Below are positions 1 to 17,000 of a stretch of 64,000 nucleotides of DNA, piece after piece (position 1 is the first letter of the stretch; the number at the start of each line of letters is the position of its first letter). Made by a program: the position numbers and the translations under genes. The stretch is from Ophelia neglecta. Lineage: Eukaryota. Location: contig OZ260661.1 of assembly GCA_965285935.1 (NCBI GenBank), forward strand, positions 139,252,001-139,316,000. The letters run 5' to 3'. The notes beneath the pieces are model-generated. The model was not told the origin of the DNA. It saw only the letters and a program-made list of their open reading frames with translations, and made no database searches.

Positions 1-1140
1 AGGTATCGATACCATAGGCAATCCTACAAGTGGCTGCCAAAAATATCTATCATGGTGACCTATTTTTTTATTTCATTTTCTGCTAGATCTGGTCATAACA
101 TACCATTATAGAAAAATTTATGAAGAAAATTAATGTGCTGTTCTTAACAAATAAACTTACAAAATCAGTGTTTGACCACCAAGGATAGTCAATAGTAAAC
201 AGGGGTTAACTATGAATGGATCCAGAAAAAAATCTAGCATGCCGATATATGTTAGTATGTATTTTATTTCATTTAACTGTTGGAAACAATTTTTTTTGGG
301 CACAACTAAGATGTTTCACTTTGAGAGTAAACATCTTGGATAACTCATTATAGGCTACTTTGTTACACTCGGCTTTCAAGTGTTACACATCGGCAGAGAG
401 AGAGAGAGCAAAGCCCCCGCTTATACTACAGTAGTTATAGTTCACTGTGTGAACGACAACTCACCTAGCTCCCCATACGAGAAACAGCAATAAGTCATGA
501 TGCAAAAAATGACTGTCCATAATGCTAAAAATGATGACAGCCTGGGAAAATGTTAAATTTTTATAGTGATCCCGGCCTAGTGGCTAAGGCAGGCTGCAGG
601 CTGAGACAGTGGGCGGGATTGTTCATTATTTGATAGCAAGAACTACTTACGGATGTCTCAGGGATTACTTTACCACTTGACTGATGTCAGTGTAGAATAC
701 CGTGGAGACCGTGCCGACAGAGAGTCATGACCGCTGCTCATGTGGCGTTGACAGACCGTCCCTCGTGATTGGACATATGTAGGACTCATTGGACCGGGTA
801 TTAACATTTAATGGATATTTATTTTGTAAGTAGTGCGGTTAAACTCACCTCGGTGTCATCTAAATCATCCAGCGGTCCCGGACGAGGCCGAAAGACGCGT
901 TCTCGGCGGAAACGTCGCCTATAGGCTGGACTATTCAGAAGGATTGCTGCCATAGTCGAAAGATCACACGCAAAGGACGCGGCAATCTGCACAAAATTCG
1001 CAAAGTTACGGGACCTAAATAGGTGTCGTAAGTTTACGACGTTTTTGAGGCGGTTTTACGAAGAATTCGCATCGCAAATATTTCGAGAATAGCACTTGCG
1101 AAAAATCGCCGATTTACGAATTTTTCTTAGAATACGGGCC
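1..1140 (-). mobile_element. PIF/Harbinger DNA transposon, one end (element runs off the window start)
   Basis: Terminal motif ...cttagaatacgggcc followed by ctg (GGCCCGTATTCT-type TIR, CWG target), with a HARBI1-like coding start ~190 bp inside. Confidence 0.7.
849..953 (-). CDS. First exon of a Harbinger (HARBI1-like) transposase
   Basis: Translates as MAAILLNSPAYRRRFRRERVFRPRPGPLDDLDDTE then a gtgagt donor. RRERVFR.R..PL..LDD.E is the typical Harbinger transposase N-terminus. No further exon recognised in the window. Confidence 0.6.
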
Positions 1141-4095
1141 CTGGGCTATCTCTGCTATAATTAAGGTTGAACCAAATTATTTGGTGATTTAAACAAGTAA
1201 GTCATTTCCAAATCAAACAAGAAATTGCCAGCTACCGCGATAGTAAAACGCACCCCGATAGATAAAGCTAGCGTTGGGTAGGAATAGAAGTATTCATCGG
1301 AAGTTTGTTATCTACTCTAAACTTTCCGCCATTTATATTCATCATATATTCCCAGGCTGTGCTTTCTTTACATAAAAAGGAATTCCAAATTATTTATCAT
1401 GAAAGACTTGTTTACATGGAAACCATTAACCACTTGATATCAGATTACTAGGGCCCGCTTCCTTCAGTGGAAAACAGTATGTGTCTGCCTACGCCGTTGC
1501 TCCATCATCAAAACATTTGTGTATTAAACTTGTGAAGGCTAGTTTCCGTCTTCGGGGCTTCGTTGAATGGCCATTCGCAGGTTAAAATGTTCGGCGCATT
1601 TGGCGTAGGCAGTGGGGCACGGCATTATCACAAGAAATAGTCAAGGTCAATTTTGAACGGCTTGCTGGAGACCCTCAGACGGCCGAAAAAAGAAGCACTC
1701 CGTTTCATATGAAATGTTCTCAACGTATTTGGACTTTCTACCCAATGGAAATACACAATTCAAAATCAAGTTAGATATAATGAACAAGGACAACCACACA
1801 CCAAAATACAAAACTTCCGAATGCCTGTAATTTATGGGTGTAATCTAAGTACTCACTGTAAATTGCGTAAGAGCTTAGGCGCTTATGCGATATAGACAGC
1901 AAAGGACTATCAAGCAGAACCTGTAAATCAACGTTGTATTGTTGAATACCATGCAGATAAGCAAAATTGTTAATGAAAATCGATCCGAAATCATCAGGAA
2001 CCATAAGTTGCAGACCGACATCAAAATATATGCAAACATGTCGAATAATTTTCCAAAATAAATGCTCAAGATTTCCTTTGCGAATTCGCTTGTTTTCAAC
2101 AAGAATTGTCTTAAATATGATAAATATGATAGATATTTTGCCGAAAAAGTAGTTTATCCTGATAAAACGCCTCTCACCTGGACCCTTTCCGCGCTCCTAC
2201 TCTCTATCAACCTTATCCATCCCTACCCCCTTCCACTAACCTCAATCGCAATTTAGTGTTTTTGTGTCCTGCTACAAGCCAATTAACTGATATAACTGCA
2301 TGGGCATAAACTATGTTTGTTGTGTATATTGGCATGGATCATGCCATAGTATTAGCCTCTATACTTGACAACTTCTATATTCTGTATTTATTCGCTTGTT
2401 TCCAATTTGTATTTATTGTATTGAGATAATCCAAATGAAAACTATAAGCCCAATGTGAATAAATTATTGTGCGCTATGTAAAATCCCATATTATTGAGTA
2501 TCTCCAAGTACATTATTCTTTCTTGGCATATATCTCTGGCTTTGTCCCATGTAATGATAGCAACTATTTAACTACCACCCTGTATAAGGGGTAAACATGT
2601 GATACTGTGCTATTTCACAGAGTAGCACCATGGTTTGTGTTGATCTGTATTGTGACCAGTACAGAAGTGTGTGTTATTGGCTGTATGTTAACCAGTTGGT
2701 CCTGCTTGTAGATTTGTATTAGCTACCCATGTCCCAGAGCGTCTCATGATTCAGGGAACATCCAATTCAGGGTATGACGTCCTTTGTAATATCAATTGAG
2801 TTAATGTATAATGTGTGTTCTGAATACATTGAATATAGGGATATAACGGGATAATAGATTTATTGATTAATGTATAAATTCAATGTGAAATTTAGATGAC
2901 CACACAAAATTATGTTATGTGTTTTAAGTGGGTATTAATATAAATCGCGTATAAACGAGTGTGAATAAAAATATCGTTCATCCTTGAATTGATTTTTGAG
3001 TTTAAGGTGTATTTTGTTTGATTCCAGGTGTCCACAAGAATTACTCAGTTGGTCAAAAAATTCTTGGTAATTAAAATTATTCAAATAAGTTAAAAAAATC
3101 AATGAAGTTACATCGACATCGGATTTTAAAGTATACATATTATAAATTTTAAGCATGGTTTTAAGAATCTTTTTAATCAGGAAGCCTAACCAAATAGTAT
3201 TATATACGTTTCCAGCGCAATCATGGCCGCTTATAGCTCCTATGTAGCTGTCCGTTCAACAAGACCTCTAGTAGTTTTGAGAACTGTCCTTGAATGTGAC
3301 TAAGTCTAGGAAAGAATGTTAGCCCAACATACATTCACGTATATTGTAAGGTCATGCGTAGTATATGATCAATTACATGTATGCACACGAAGGTGCTGTG
3401 TGCCCAATACCATCATCTACTGTGTAGTTTACCATGTTATTACAAGTATTGACTTGATGGATTAGACCCCCCCCCCCTCCCTCTCTCTCCCCATTGTCTT
3501 TTGAAGTTCTGCTCAAGAGGACCATCCAGACTATACTAGTCTATTATTACCGTATGACTATTTCCGAATCACTGATGTTGTTGAACAAAACTTTGATTAA
3601 ACTTTGTACCGTAAAACGAGTGTTCCGTACATTTATAAGAACTTAGGTTGTTCTCCCTGCTATGAAGCATAGCACAGTAAATAAAGTACATCGTATTATT
3701 CAATGTACTATCTTACCACTGTTGACATAGACTTAAATTTTTAAAGTGTGTGGATCAGCTCTTCGTGTACTCGTGTATAGATTGTTTGCTTAATACACAT
3801 ATTGATATTACATTCGTCGACAGCTCAAACTTGGGACAGATTACATTAAGGAACAAGGCGAGGGTTGCTTTGCAGCGGAGGGAGGGGGGGGGGGGGGTGG
3901 CTAACACGACTCACACTATTTGTTGCTTTCTTCAATATTTACAAAGGGTGCCTCACACTCACATGGGATAGTTTCTTAAGACACGGCTTTTTCAGACGTG
4001 ATTCCCTTTGTAAATGTTACAGAAACATATCGACTGTGTGATTGATGATCCCCCCCCCCCACCACCACCACCATTGCAAACCTCACCTAGCTCGT

Positions 4096-4303
4096 NNNNN
4101 NNNNNNNNNNNNNNNNNNNNNNNNNNNNNNNNNNNNNNNNNNNNNNNNNNNNNNNNNNNNNNNNNNNNNNNNNNNNNNNNNNNNNNNNNNNNNNNNNNNN
4201 NNNNNNNNNNNNNNNNNNNNNNNNNNNNNNNNNNNNNNNNNNNNNNNNNNNNNNNNNNNNNNNNNNNNNNNNNNNNNNNNNNNNNNNNNNNNNNNNNNNN
4301 NNN
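4096..4303. other. Assembly gap (208 N)
   Basis: Run of N. The paralogous position (~47474-47592) holds a (CT)n(AT)n microsatellite and a splice donor. Confidence 0.99.
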
Positions 4304-6080
4304 TCATGCTATACAGTGGAATTCCAAGAGACTAAAATGTGGGTACGGTACTAAGGAAAACATGTTTGAGGGGCGTCCTGCTTTTCCGACATGTTTGGAG
4401 TCAATGTTTCTTGTGCTGATCATCTCTCATAACTTGACCCGACCTGTACCAGATGTCAAAGCGACTGGCCTATCATAGCCGATAAACCTAGATAACCAAT
4501 CCGTATCGAGCTTGGGCTGATGTCGGGAATTCCCCTTCATTTCGCAATCACTACAATATGTATCGTAATATCACATGACCTTTAATACACATTGCCTCAC
4601 ACGTTTGGTGTTCGATTTATTGCGCGCTTGATTATCGATTCGTTGGACGCGAATTACTTGTCTGTGCTCACATGCGTACGTGTATCCTGATTTCCCATAA
4701 CCGAAATCATGAATGCTTTCTGGAAATTCACATGCCTCCGACACAACTGGTTTTTATTTGTTATTTTTCCGAGATATTTCCCAAGGGAAATTTCCAATCC
4801 TTACTCCATGGTTGGAGAATGTAGAAGACACTTTTTTTATATACGTCTTTAGACTGAAAACCCGTCAATAGTTCAAGTTTCGCTATTGTTCGTGATGAAA
4901 TAGAGTCTGGCTTACCAACCTCAAATATAAATGATTTCTCTACCTACATAAATCAATCTCACATGAATAGCATGTTTCTCACAGAAACTAATCATTTGAT
5001 CCTCAAAGTAGTTTGTAATATGCGGACCACCGGAGGAATGAGGATGTGCGTCTGAAAACGGATCAGAAGGCTTTGAGAAGTTGGCGGTGGATAAAACAGG
5101 GTGGACTGTGGGTTTGGGTGTGGGTCAAGGTGGAGGAGACTCCAAATGAGATGGGATGATTAATAACAGTGAACTATATGAACCGCGTGCATACTGTTTA
5201 TTGGGTTCAGACACAGCTTTAAGAGAATGTTTTTTAATTCGCCACTATGCTGCAGAATGTTTGATAAACAGATAACCATATGCTGATGTAAAACTTAATC
5301 ATAATATTCAGTGCTTGCCTTAACTTCATCTTGAACATAGTTACACAATATGATATACAGATGATAAAATTACATTTTTTAACACAGATAAAATGATAAC
5401 ATACTGCTTGTGACAATTGCTAGATTATTCTAAAAGCTTTCATGCAGTTTAAGTTGATCACACGTTGACATAATAGAGTACTTTATTCCTTGGTAAGAAT
5501 TTCATATCAATATAATTGTAAGGGAATTTGATAGGCTTTTCATGTTATTGTTATAGTCAAATTGGTCGAAAACAAAAATATAAGAATGCATTTCCTTATT
5601 TATATAATCAAATTCATGCGAACAAGGTTTAAAGCATAAGTGGAAAGTACGTCAATTTGAAAACATGTAGCCTGTTCTAAGATAACTATGACTGATGACG
5701 ATTTATAACAAACACTTGGTGACTATGCAGTGTTACAAATCAACTAGACTGTCTACTATAAGGTGACAAATCTATACAAAGTACCAATAAATAGAAGTAT
5801 CTAGGATGCATAACCAACAAAATTAGGGTATTAACAGGTGATATATGTAAGCCAGATTGCTCATAACTATGTGAAAAAGGTCGTAAAAGTATGTTTCCAA
5901 TCAATAAGCACGTAAGCCAGTTTGGAAAGTTGCCAGTTGATATGTTTACATGTTTTTGACAGGTACATTATATTAGGCTCGTAGTGGTGTATTTATTGTT
6001 TTGGAGATTTTTATCTTTCACAATGGTTTGTTTACTATTAGCCTGCTATCCGTGTGCCCGCAAGAGCCTGTCGTTCGTAA

Positions 6081-7048
6081 AGCCCCTGTCACACTGTGAC
6101 GAGTTTGGCCCACGAGTTACGACGAGTCCTGGCGAGTTATAATTCGCCGAAAATTCGACGAGTTGACCATGATTTCGAGTGTTGGAGACATCAGTTCGAC
6201 TCCTGCTCGAGTTGTGCTCGAGTTCTCTTCAACATTGACACGAGATTAGTACGATAACATTCTATTTAACACGAGTTTAATCGACATCTGTACGACCTGT
6301 GTACGACATCTTCTCGACAGCTGAAGACTTTTCTACGAGAATGTACGAGTTTAGGCGAGACTACACGAGTTTTGGCGACATGTGTACAGGTTAATGACGA
6401 GTTATGACGAGTGAGCTGCGAGAAATGTACGAGTGAGGCCAACATATAGTAATTTGGGTATAAATTCTGGTGGTCCAGCACTTTTTGGATCAATCTCCAG
6501 TTGGTTCTTGTAGGAAAAAACATCACAGCCATGGCTCAGAGGTTCAGAAACATTGAACTTCTGGCCCAGATGGAAGAGGATGCTGCTTTTTATAGAATCG
6601 CCACAACTCGCAGCAATGTAGAGGACATGTTGAACAGAACTCGCAGAAACTCGTACAGATGTTGAAGGGAAGTCGTACAATCTCGCTGTATGTCGAGCAG
6701 AGATCGCGTTCATGTCGCCCAAACTCGCAGATAAACTCGTAGCCCATCGAACGACTTTACAACAGGGCGAGAAGTGACGACAACTGAAGACATTTCTACC
6801 ACATGTGTTCGAGTTTTGGCGACACCTCTACGACAAGTCTTCAACATGTGTACGAGACGAAAACTCGCACGACAATTTTAAACCGTTTAAAATTCTCGCC
6901 ACCGCTTGACGAGTAAAGGCGACATAAAGAGACATCTCTACGATATGCAAAGACATTGTTTCGAGTCCTACACGACACCTGAAGAGTTGTGGCGAGTTGT
7001 AACTCGTGGTAACTCGTGGGCCAAACTCGTCAGAGTGTGACAGGGGCT
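6081..7048. mobile_element. Non-autonomous PIF/Harbinger element (968 bp)
   Basis: TIRs agcccctgtcacactgtgacgagtttggcccacgagttac / gtaactcgtgggccaaactcgtcagagtgtgacaggggct, TAA TSD (6078-6080 and 7049-7051), empty site in the paralog at ~49205-49220 (gttcg-caa-gtgagg). Confidence 0.9.
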
Positions 7049-7051
7049 TAA

Positions 7052-7663
7052 GTGAGGTATCTAGCTAATTTATTGCCGTCTGCTGGTATTAGACTTATTG
7101 CCGTCAGACGTCGTCTTACTCGCCGTTCTGGTTAGGCCTAACGTAGGCCTCATTCTGTGAGTGGTACATTTATGTAGAGTATAGCTATCACTTGGTTCGT
7201 CTGACTTCACTGCTGCCCTCAGCCGAATAATCTTGACACTAATATGGACTACTAACAGTTGGTACTTGGATCTAAGTTATGTCCCCGCTATTTATTTACC
7301 TGCCGTCGAGTGTATTATCCAATCCACTTGTGTTTCTAACTTTTATTAAATACAATCCGTAATACAGACCTACCTAAAGCTCATGGCTTGGAATCAGCTG
7401 TGTGTGCGTGTGTGTGTATGTGATCGTTCTCAAACGTAATGTTGATGTCTATCTAGTGTTTGTCATTTCTGTTTCTGTCTCTTGTGTTCCGAATATCTTT
7501 ACTTTTAGGTTATATGAAACGTGTATTTTGTGCTATAAAACCGCTCTTTTAATATATATCCACGTCAGCTTAATCTGGGTCGAATTTTGGTAGGTTAAGT
7601 TTTAATGTTTTATTCCTTATTCTATAAATTCGATAATTTCCTATTTTGGTTTTTCTGGTTACA
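7052..7663 (-). repeat. Possible degenerate LTR-like repeat (also ~14170-14761 and ~49215-49826)
   Basis: On the minus strand it starts TGTAAC after a purine-rich gggtcgggagtggcgg tract and contains AATAAA. Present in all three tandem units. No gag/pol motif recognised. Confidence 0.3.
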
Positions 7664-10600
7664 CCTGCAGCCGCCACTCCCGACCCGCCGAGCGCCCCAG
7701 ACTCACCAGGGGGATACAGGCTGTGAACGAAAGCAAATCTGACGAGTGGGACTAATAATTCTACGGTCTTGTCCACTGGTCGAATAATCTATAATGTTTT
7801 CTAAATTTATGTCGCAGTCATCTACCAATCCTAAGTTTCCTTCGTTTTTGTATTTTTCCATTTTCATTTCGGTGGTTGACCTTTAAATTTCTGGCAAGGC
7901 CGACGTCAAAATTTTTCTTGTAGCTCTAACTATTCAATTTATTTTTCGGTCAATTAACTGTTAAATCATAATCATGTCTTTTTAATATATTTAAGCATGT
8001 ATGTGTGTTTTGCATGTGCATATCGTAAGACGATTAACACGTTTGTTGGGCTAAATTGTGTTTACGCATATTAAACATTAATTACGAATTATTCAATCTT
8101 AAAATCGTGAAATTAGTTCGGGTCATTTTCCTGAACTCAATCCTTTTTACCAAGCAGCCTTATCCTATAATTTGAGCCTTTATTACATTGATTATAATTG
8201 CTCAATACACTCCCTCAAGTTTTTCACTAAAATGCTATTGTTAAACCTTTTATTAATGTAATCATTTTAACTTTGTATCCAGCAGGCAATTTGTGTTACT
8301 ATTTTTACTGCACCTGCACCATTGCACCAGCACTCCAACACTTTTTTTTCTTGTATCTTCCTTTCTTATTCGGGCCCATATCAGTGAATATCTTTAACTC
8401 AATTTTTCATTTATGTTTAATCTCTCGTGAATCAATTTACTTTTTGACATAACGTCCAAGACAAATAAGCCCTGGGCTTCCTGTTATTTGTTATATTTAA
8501 CAAGTACTTTTCTGTTAGCTGCTGTAATATATCACAATATGTTAGGCTTAAACATACTTATATTAAGTTTGACCTTTATTCAATAATATTCTTTAATGTG
8601 ATTTGGTTATATAATCAGCATAGTACATGTTTGCTTCTTTGCAACCTATAGATCTTAATTTTGTATATTGTATATGTTTAATTTATTGCTCTAGAAATGT
8701 ACATTTGCTATATGTTATATGATAATAATAAAAACAAACTATTAACTGTTAAGTTTAGCTATCTTGCCCAATAACTCATTTAGCAGAGTCGACCCGCTCC
8801 TATTTAGCAGCCGGATCAAGCCAGTCCGCTGTCCACCTTGCTGATTGGATCCACCACCGTAATTGACCTGTATGCTCTATTTGCAATCTACAGCTGACTT
8901 ATAGTCTGACCTTATGCCGTGTGTAAGCCATCAACTCGTTCACTCCAGATAAGTCTATGTAGCTCATCCATTGGCAGGTTATGTAGCTGTATAGTTTTTT
9001 GATCGCTCGGATGAAAGTCGTGTCATTACTGGCCAGTTTTTCCTGACACTTGCTAACATTCTAATCACTCCCTTATTCCGAGCCAATTTCGTATCATGGT
9101 ATCATTCCCATACTTATAGTCTTAAATGTTGTGTACCTACCAATTGTTCCTATGCTTTTGAACATTTTCGATTATGTTGCCCACAAACATGATACAATAC
9201 ATTGTTTGGCTTCCCTCCTTCGTGTAGAATTCTTTTTTGAAAGTTCCCTCAAACCCTGTTTCATTCTTTTGTACCGAATTAAAAACCATGCCTCACCACT
9301 CCCAGCAAATCGAAATAAAATTAAGAAGAAATAAAATAAAAAACCTGCCTCGCCACCTTTTTCGAAATCAAAATAAAGCCATGATAATCAGTTTATCATG
9401 TTTATATGGCCTAACATTTAATTATTATCCGGTTAAGGTCCTGATAAATTGATCATCTTATACCCACAATAGTATACAATCAACGTTTATCGCATGAATG
9501 GCGATGTAAAAATCGTATATTGCGAAAAGCTTTCTTATTAAGTGCAAAAATAATTTAACTGATGACCAAACCAGATTCACAACGCAAAAACTCGGTACAA
9601 TCATGTCTGCCATAAAAAATGTGGCAGCGCATTTTTCTTGAATAACAGGGGTCATTAAAACTGCGAACAGTGTTCTACAGCGTTTGACCATATGTATTAT
9701 TGTCGATTTCCCCTCCTCAATGATAAGTGTGTTTCCATTTTCCCCCGATCTTTTTGCATATTTACCCAGCTAACTTGTGAACCGCGGCCGGGCAGAGTAC
9801 GCATCTAATTTCATGTAAAAGTCACGTATCTCAGCCACCCCAGTGCCAATTGCATTGTTCAAAATGTCATTTTATTATGCTGCTGAAAAGGTTTGTGACT
9901 GTTTCAGATCAGCGACATTACGTAAGCTGATATACGTTGTGAGCAGCGTTCACCTGTTGTATAACACAATAACTACTTTGCGAGTTTTATTTTGGGACCG
10001 ATAAGCCCAGCATTAATTTCTCTATCCCTGCCCGACTAAATTCCATGTTTGTTTTACATGGTCCTTTTAGTTATTAACAATAACCAAATTGTACTAATTT
10101 CAATATTTACTTGGTAGATTAATTGTTTTGAAAGTTTATCATAGTTTCAGAAGTGCTTTATTTTAGGAAGAAAAAGGTCTTCACACTTAAATTCTTTTTC
10201 GTAAGGATATTTTGTTGTTTATTATCCTATAGGTTATTAAATGGTTATACTTTACTAAATGGAAATGTTTGAAAAAGATTGTTTGTCAAACACATACTTT
10301 TGCATCATTGTTATCAGCTTTTGCAGGAAACCCTTACGTTTTCGTCAATGTTAAAATTATTAATATTTTTAACTAATCATATAACAAATAATCCTGTGTA
10401 AATATGACTTGTCAATTTAATCACTATTTTGAAAACATGTATAAGTGAAATGTTTTGTTTCTTTGGTTAAAGTTAATCTAATGCATATGCAATGAATTAT
10501 CTTTCCTTAATGCAATTCTTCTTTGATTCTCGAATTCAATTGCATCCTGCTCATCATAGATGTGAACGAGCAGTTACCGAGACAAAGAATCCGAACACCG

Positions 10601-11648
10601 TGGGGGTCAAAATGTGTTTTGAGGGCTGTTCAAATAATTCCTAGGGAGAATATGGCCTTTTATTTATGTGTCCAATAAAATCGAGTGAAATAACGACAGG
10701 CGTTTTCATTTAACACGAATGCCAAAAGCCGGACACGGCTCAATAAAAAATCATATGGCCCATAAAAGGTACAACTGACACAATTTCAGCATATATTATT
10801 ATTGAGTTCACTGGGATAAATGCTACCCCCATAAGGAGAAAAAACAAGTTGGTTGAATTTTCAATAAAATCTTTAATTCAACAAAGCAAAATGAAGAGGT
10901 AACATAAAAATTAATGCATTTTATCCATTCTTTTGCACATTCCTTTACACAAAATGTAATGACAAGCATTAAGCCAAATTAATAAAGTTCATCTGCGTTA
11001 CTTTCTATCGGTGTACATATAAGCGACAGTTGTTCCCAATATAATACATTCACGTGGTTTGCCTATATTTTAGTTTGTATATATATTAATGTGCACATTC
11101 ACGTGGTTTGCATATATTTTAGTTTGTGTATATATTGATATGCCTGTTGGTAGACCTTCCATATCTGTTAACAGGAAAATAAAAATGGTATTGGACGGCA
11201 TGACAGTTTGTTTGAGAACCCCTCGATTGTTTGAAGCTTGAAACAAGGGATTAAAGCCCGAGCTTGCGAGGACATCAAACTCATTGAAAGCTACAAGCAT
11301 AAAAAGGAGTTGCTCAATCAAATCATCATGCAAGACCAAAACCATATTGTTTTATTTTATAAGTGTGAATTCAACATAGAAATAATGATGGACATCGTTG
11401 TGTATAAAAATAGCAGTTATGTAAAGTATAGCATGATCATGCCTCTCTAGTCTTATAAACATTTTCATGCCGTAAGGAGTGTAAATTATATTGCCTCAAG
11501 TCAGGCCTATACTATACAATAAAATAGTGACCTTGACCTCTGAAGGATAGGTGGGCCGGAGTTCCAAATCGCACTGCCGACAAGCAGCTTTTATAGGTAG
11601 ATAGGCAATTAACCAAGAATCTGAGTAGAATATGAGTATGCATATGGC

Positions 11649-13699
<2,051 letters not shown>

Positions 13700-14064
13700 C
13701 AAATTACACTCCCAATATAGTTTGAAGACCAAAAGGGTCAACTAGAAAGATACATAATTCATGAGATATCGATCCTTTTTGTTTGGTGTTGCTATGTATA
13801 TATTCAGATTTACAGCAAAAGATAATCCGTTCATGGCAATAGTAACGCTTCTTCGGTGTCAATTTCAGTCTTTCTGCAGTACGTTTCAATTCATACAAAT
13901 TTGTCCCACAAATTAATTTGTCCAAAAGAAGTAGTAATAATAGTTTGCCATCCCTCATACCTTATTCTGTGAAAAATGGTTTTTATGCCCCAAGCCGTTC
14001 CCAAGCTTGCAGCCTTTGAAATGGCGCCTAGCAATGAGGCACGTCGCTATCAAGCTGAACAGTT

Positions 14065-17000
14065 TAGCCCGTAGTGCTGTATTTATAGTCTGGGGATGTT
14101 TATTTATCACTATGTTTTGTTTACTATCAGCGTACTATCCGGGTGCCTACGTGCCCATTAAGTTCATAGCCGTCAGCTGGTATTAGACTTATTGCCGTCA
14201 GAGGTCGTCTTACTCGCCGTTCTGGTTAGGCCTAACGTAGGCCTTATTCTGTGAGTGGTACATGTACATTTATGTAAAATCTAGCTATCACTTGGTTCGC
14301 CTGACTTCACTGCTGCCCTCAGCCGAATAATCTTGAAACTAATATGGACTACTAACGGTTAGATTTTGGATCTAAGTTATGTCCCCGCTATTTATTTACC
14401 TGTCGTCGAGTGTATTATCCAATGCACTTGTGTTTCTAACTTTTATTTAATACATCCGTAATACAGACCTACCTAAAGCTCATGGCTTGGAATCATCTGT
14501 GTGTGCGTGTGTGTATGTGATCGTTCTCAAACGTAATCCTGATGTTTATCTAGTGTTTGTCATTTCTGTTTCTGTCTTTTGTGTTCCGAATATTTTTACT
14601 TTTAGGTTATATGAAACGTGTATTTTGTGCTATAAAACCGTTCTTCTTATATATATCCACGTCAGCTTAATCTGGGTCGAATTTTGGTAGGTTAAGTTTT
14701 AATGTTTTATTCCTTATTCTATAAATTCGATACTCTCCTATTTTGGTTTATATTGGTTACCCCTGTAGTCGCCACTCCCGACCCGCCGCGCGCCCCAGAC
14801 TCACCAGGGGGATACAGGCTGTGAACGAAAGCAAATCTGAAGAGTGGGACAAATAATTCTACGGTCTTGTCCACTGGTCGAATAATCTATAATGTTTTCT
14901 AAATTTTTGTCGCAGTCATCTACCAATCCTACGTTTCCTTCGTTTTTGTATTTTTCTATTATATTTGCAATTTCCATATTCATTTCGGTGGGTGACCTTT
15001 AGATTTCTGGCAAGGCCGACGTCAAAATTTTTCTTGTAGCTCCAACTATTTAATTTATTTTTCGGTCAATTAACTGTTAAATCATAATCATGTCTTTTTA
15101 ATATCTTTAAGCATGTTTGTGTGTTTTGCATGTGCACATCGTAAGACGATTAACACGTTTGTTGGGCTAAATTGTGTTTACGCATATTAAACATTAATTA
15201 CGAATTTCCAATCTAAAAGTCGTTAAATTAGTTCGGGTCATTTTCCTGAACGCAATCCTCTTTACCAAGCAGCCTTGTCCTACAATTTAAGCCTTGATTA
15301 CAATTTTTCTCGTATCTTTCTTTCTTTTTCGGGCCCATATCTGTGAATATCTTTAACTCAATTTTTCATTTATGTTTAATCTCTCGCGAATCAATTTACT
15401 TTTTGACATAACGTCCAAGACAAATAAGCCCTGGGCTTCCTGTCTTTTGTTATATTTAACAAGTACTTTTCTGTTAGCTGCTGTAATATATCACAATGTG
15501 TTAGGCTTAAACATACTTATATTTCTTTTGACCTTTATTCAATAAAATTCTTTAACGTGATTTGGTTATATAGTCAGCATATTACATGTTTGCTTCTTTG
15601 CTACCTATAGATCTTAATTTTGTATATTGTATATGTTTAATTTATTGCTCTAGAAATGTACATTTGCTATATGTTAAATGATAATAATAAAAAAAATTCT
15701 ATTACTTGTTAATTTTAGCTATCTTGCTAAATAACTCATTTAGCAGAGTCGACCCGCTCCTATTTAACAGCCGGATCAAGCTAGTCCGCTGTCCACCTTG
15801 ATGATTGGATCCACCACCGTAATTGAGCTGTATGCTCTATTTGCAATCTACAGCTGACTTATAGTCTAACCTTATGCCGTGTGTGAGCCATCAACTCGTT
15901 CACTCCAGATAAGTCTATGTAGCTCATCCATTGGCAGGTTATGTAGCTGTATAGTTTTTTGATCGCTCGGATGAAAGTCTTGTCATTGCTGGCCAGTTTT
16001 TCCTGACACTTGCTAACATTCTAATCACTCCCTTATTCCGAGCCAATGTCGTATTATGGTATCATTCCCATACTTATAGTCTTAAATGTTGTGTACCTAC
16101 CAATTGTTCCTATGGTTTTGAACATTTTCTATTATGTTGCCCACCAACATGATACAATACATTGTTTGGCTTCTCTCCTTCGTGTAGAATTCTTTTTTGA
16201 AAGTTCCCTCAAACCCTTTTCATTCTTTTGTACCGAATTAAAAACCATGCCTCACCACGCCCAGCAAATCGAAATAAAATTAAGAAGAAATAAGATAAAA
16301 AACCTGCCTCGCCACCTTTTATTCAAAATCAAAAATAAAACCATGATAATCAGTTTATCATGATTATGTGGCCTAACATTTAATTATTATCCGGTTAAGG
16401 TCCTGACAAATTAATCATCTTAAACCCTTAATAGTCTACAATCAACGTTAATCGCATGAATGGCGATGTACAAATCGTATATTGCGAAAAGCTTTCTTAT
16501 TTAGTGCAAAAATAATTTTTCTGATGACCATACCAGATTCACAACGCAAAAACTCGGTACAATCATGTCTGCCATAAAAAATGTGGCAGCGCATTTTTCT
16601 TGAATAACAGGGGTCATTAAAACTGCGATCAGTGTTCTACAGCGTTTGTCCATATGTATTAATGTCGATTTCCCCTCCTCAATGATAAGTGTGTTTCCAT
16701 TTTCCCCCGATCTTTTTGCATATTTACCCAGCTAACCTTTGAACCGCGGCCGGGCAGAGTACGCATCTAATTTCATGTAAAATGCACTTATCTCAGCCAC
16801 CCCAGTGACAATTGCATTGTTCAAAATGTCATTTTATTATGCTCCTGAAAAGGTTTGTGACTGTTTCAGATCAGCGACATTACGTAAGCTGACATACGTT
16901 GTGAGCAGCGTTCACCTGTTGTATAACACAATAACTACTTTGCGAGTTTTATTTTGGGACCGATAAGCCCAGCATTAATTTCTCTATCCCTGCCCGACTA

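Larger units (their letters stand above)
2866..11500. repeat. Segmental duplication, copy of ~46146-53620 (offset ~43 kb)
   Basis: Collinear near-identical sequence, e.g. ORF pairs 5234/48463, 7402/49551 and 11070/53165. Confidence 0.9.

Noticed and set aside
1771-2256. Short overlapping ORFs
   Set aside because: No motifs or splice support; probably a repeat remnant.
4014-4478. ORFs spanning X runs
   Set aside because: Artefacts of the N gap.
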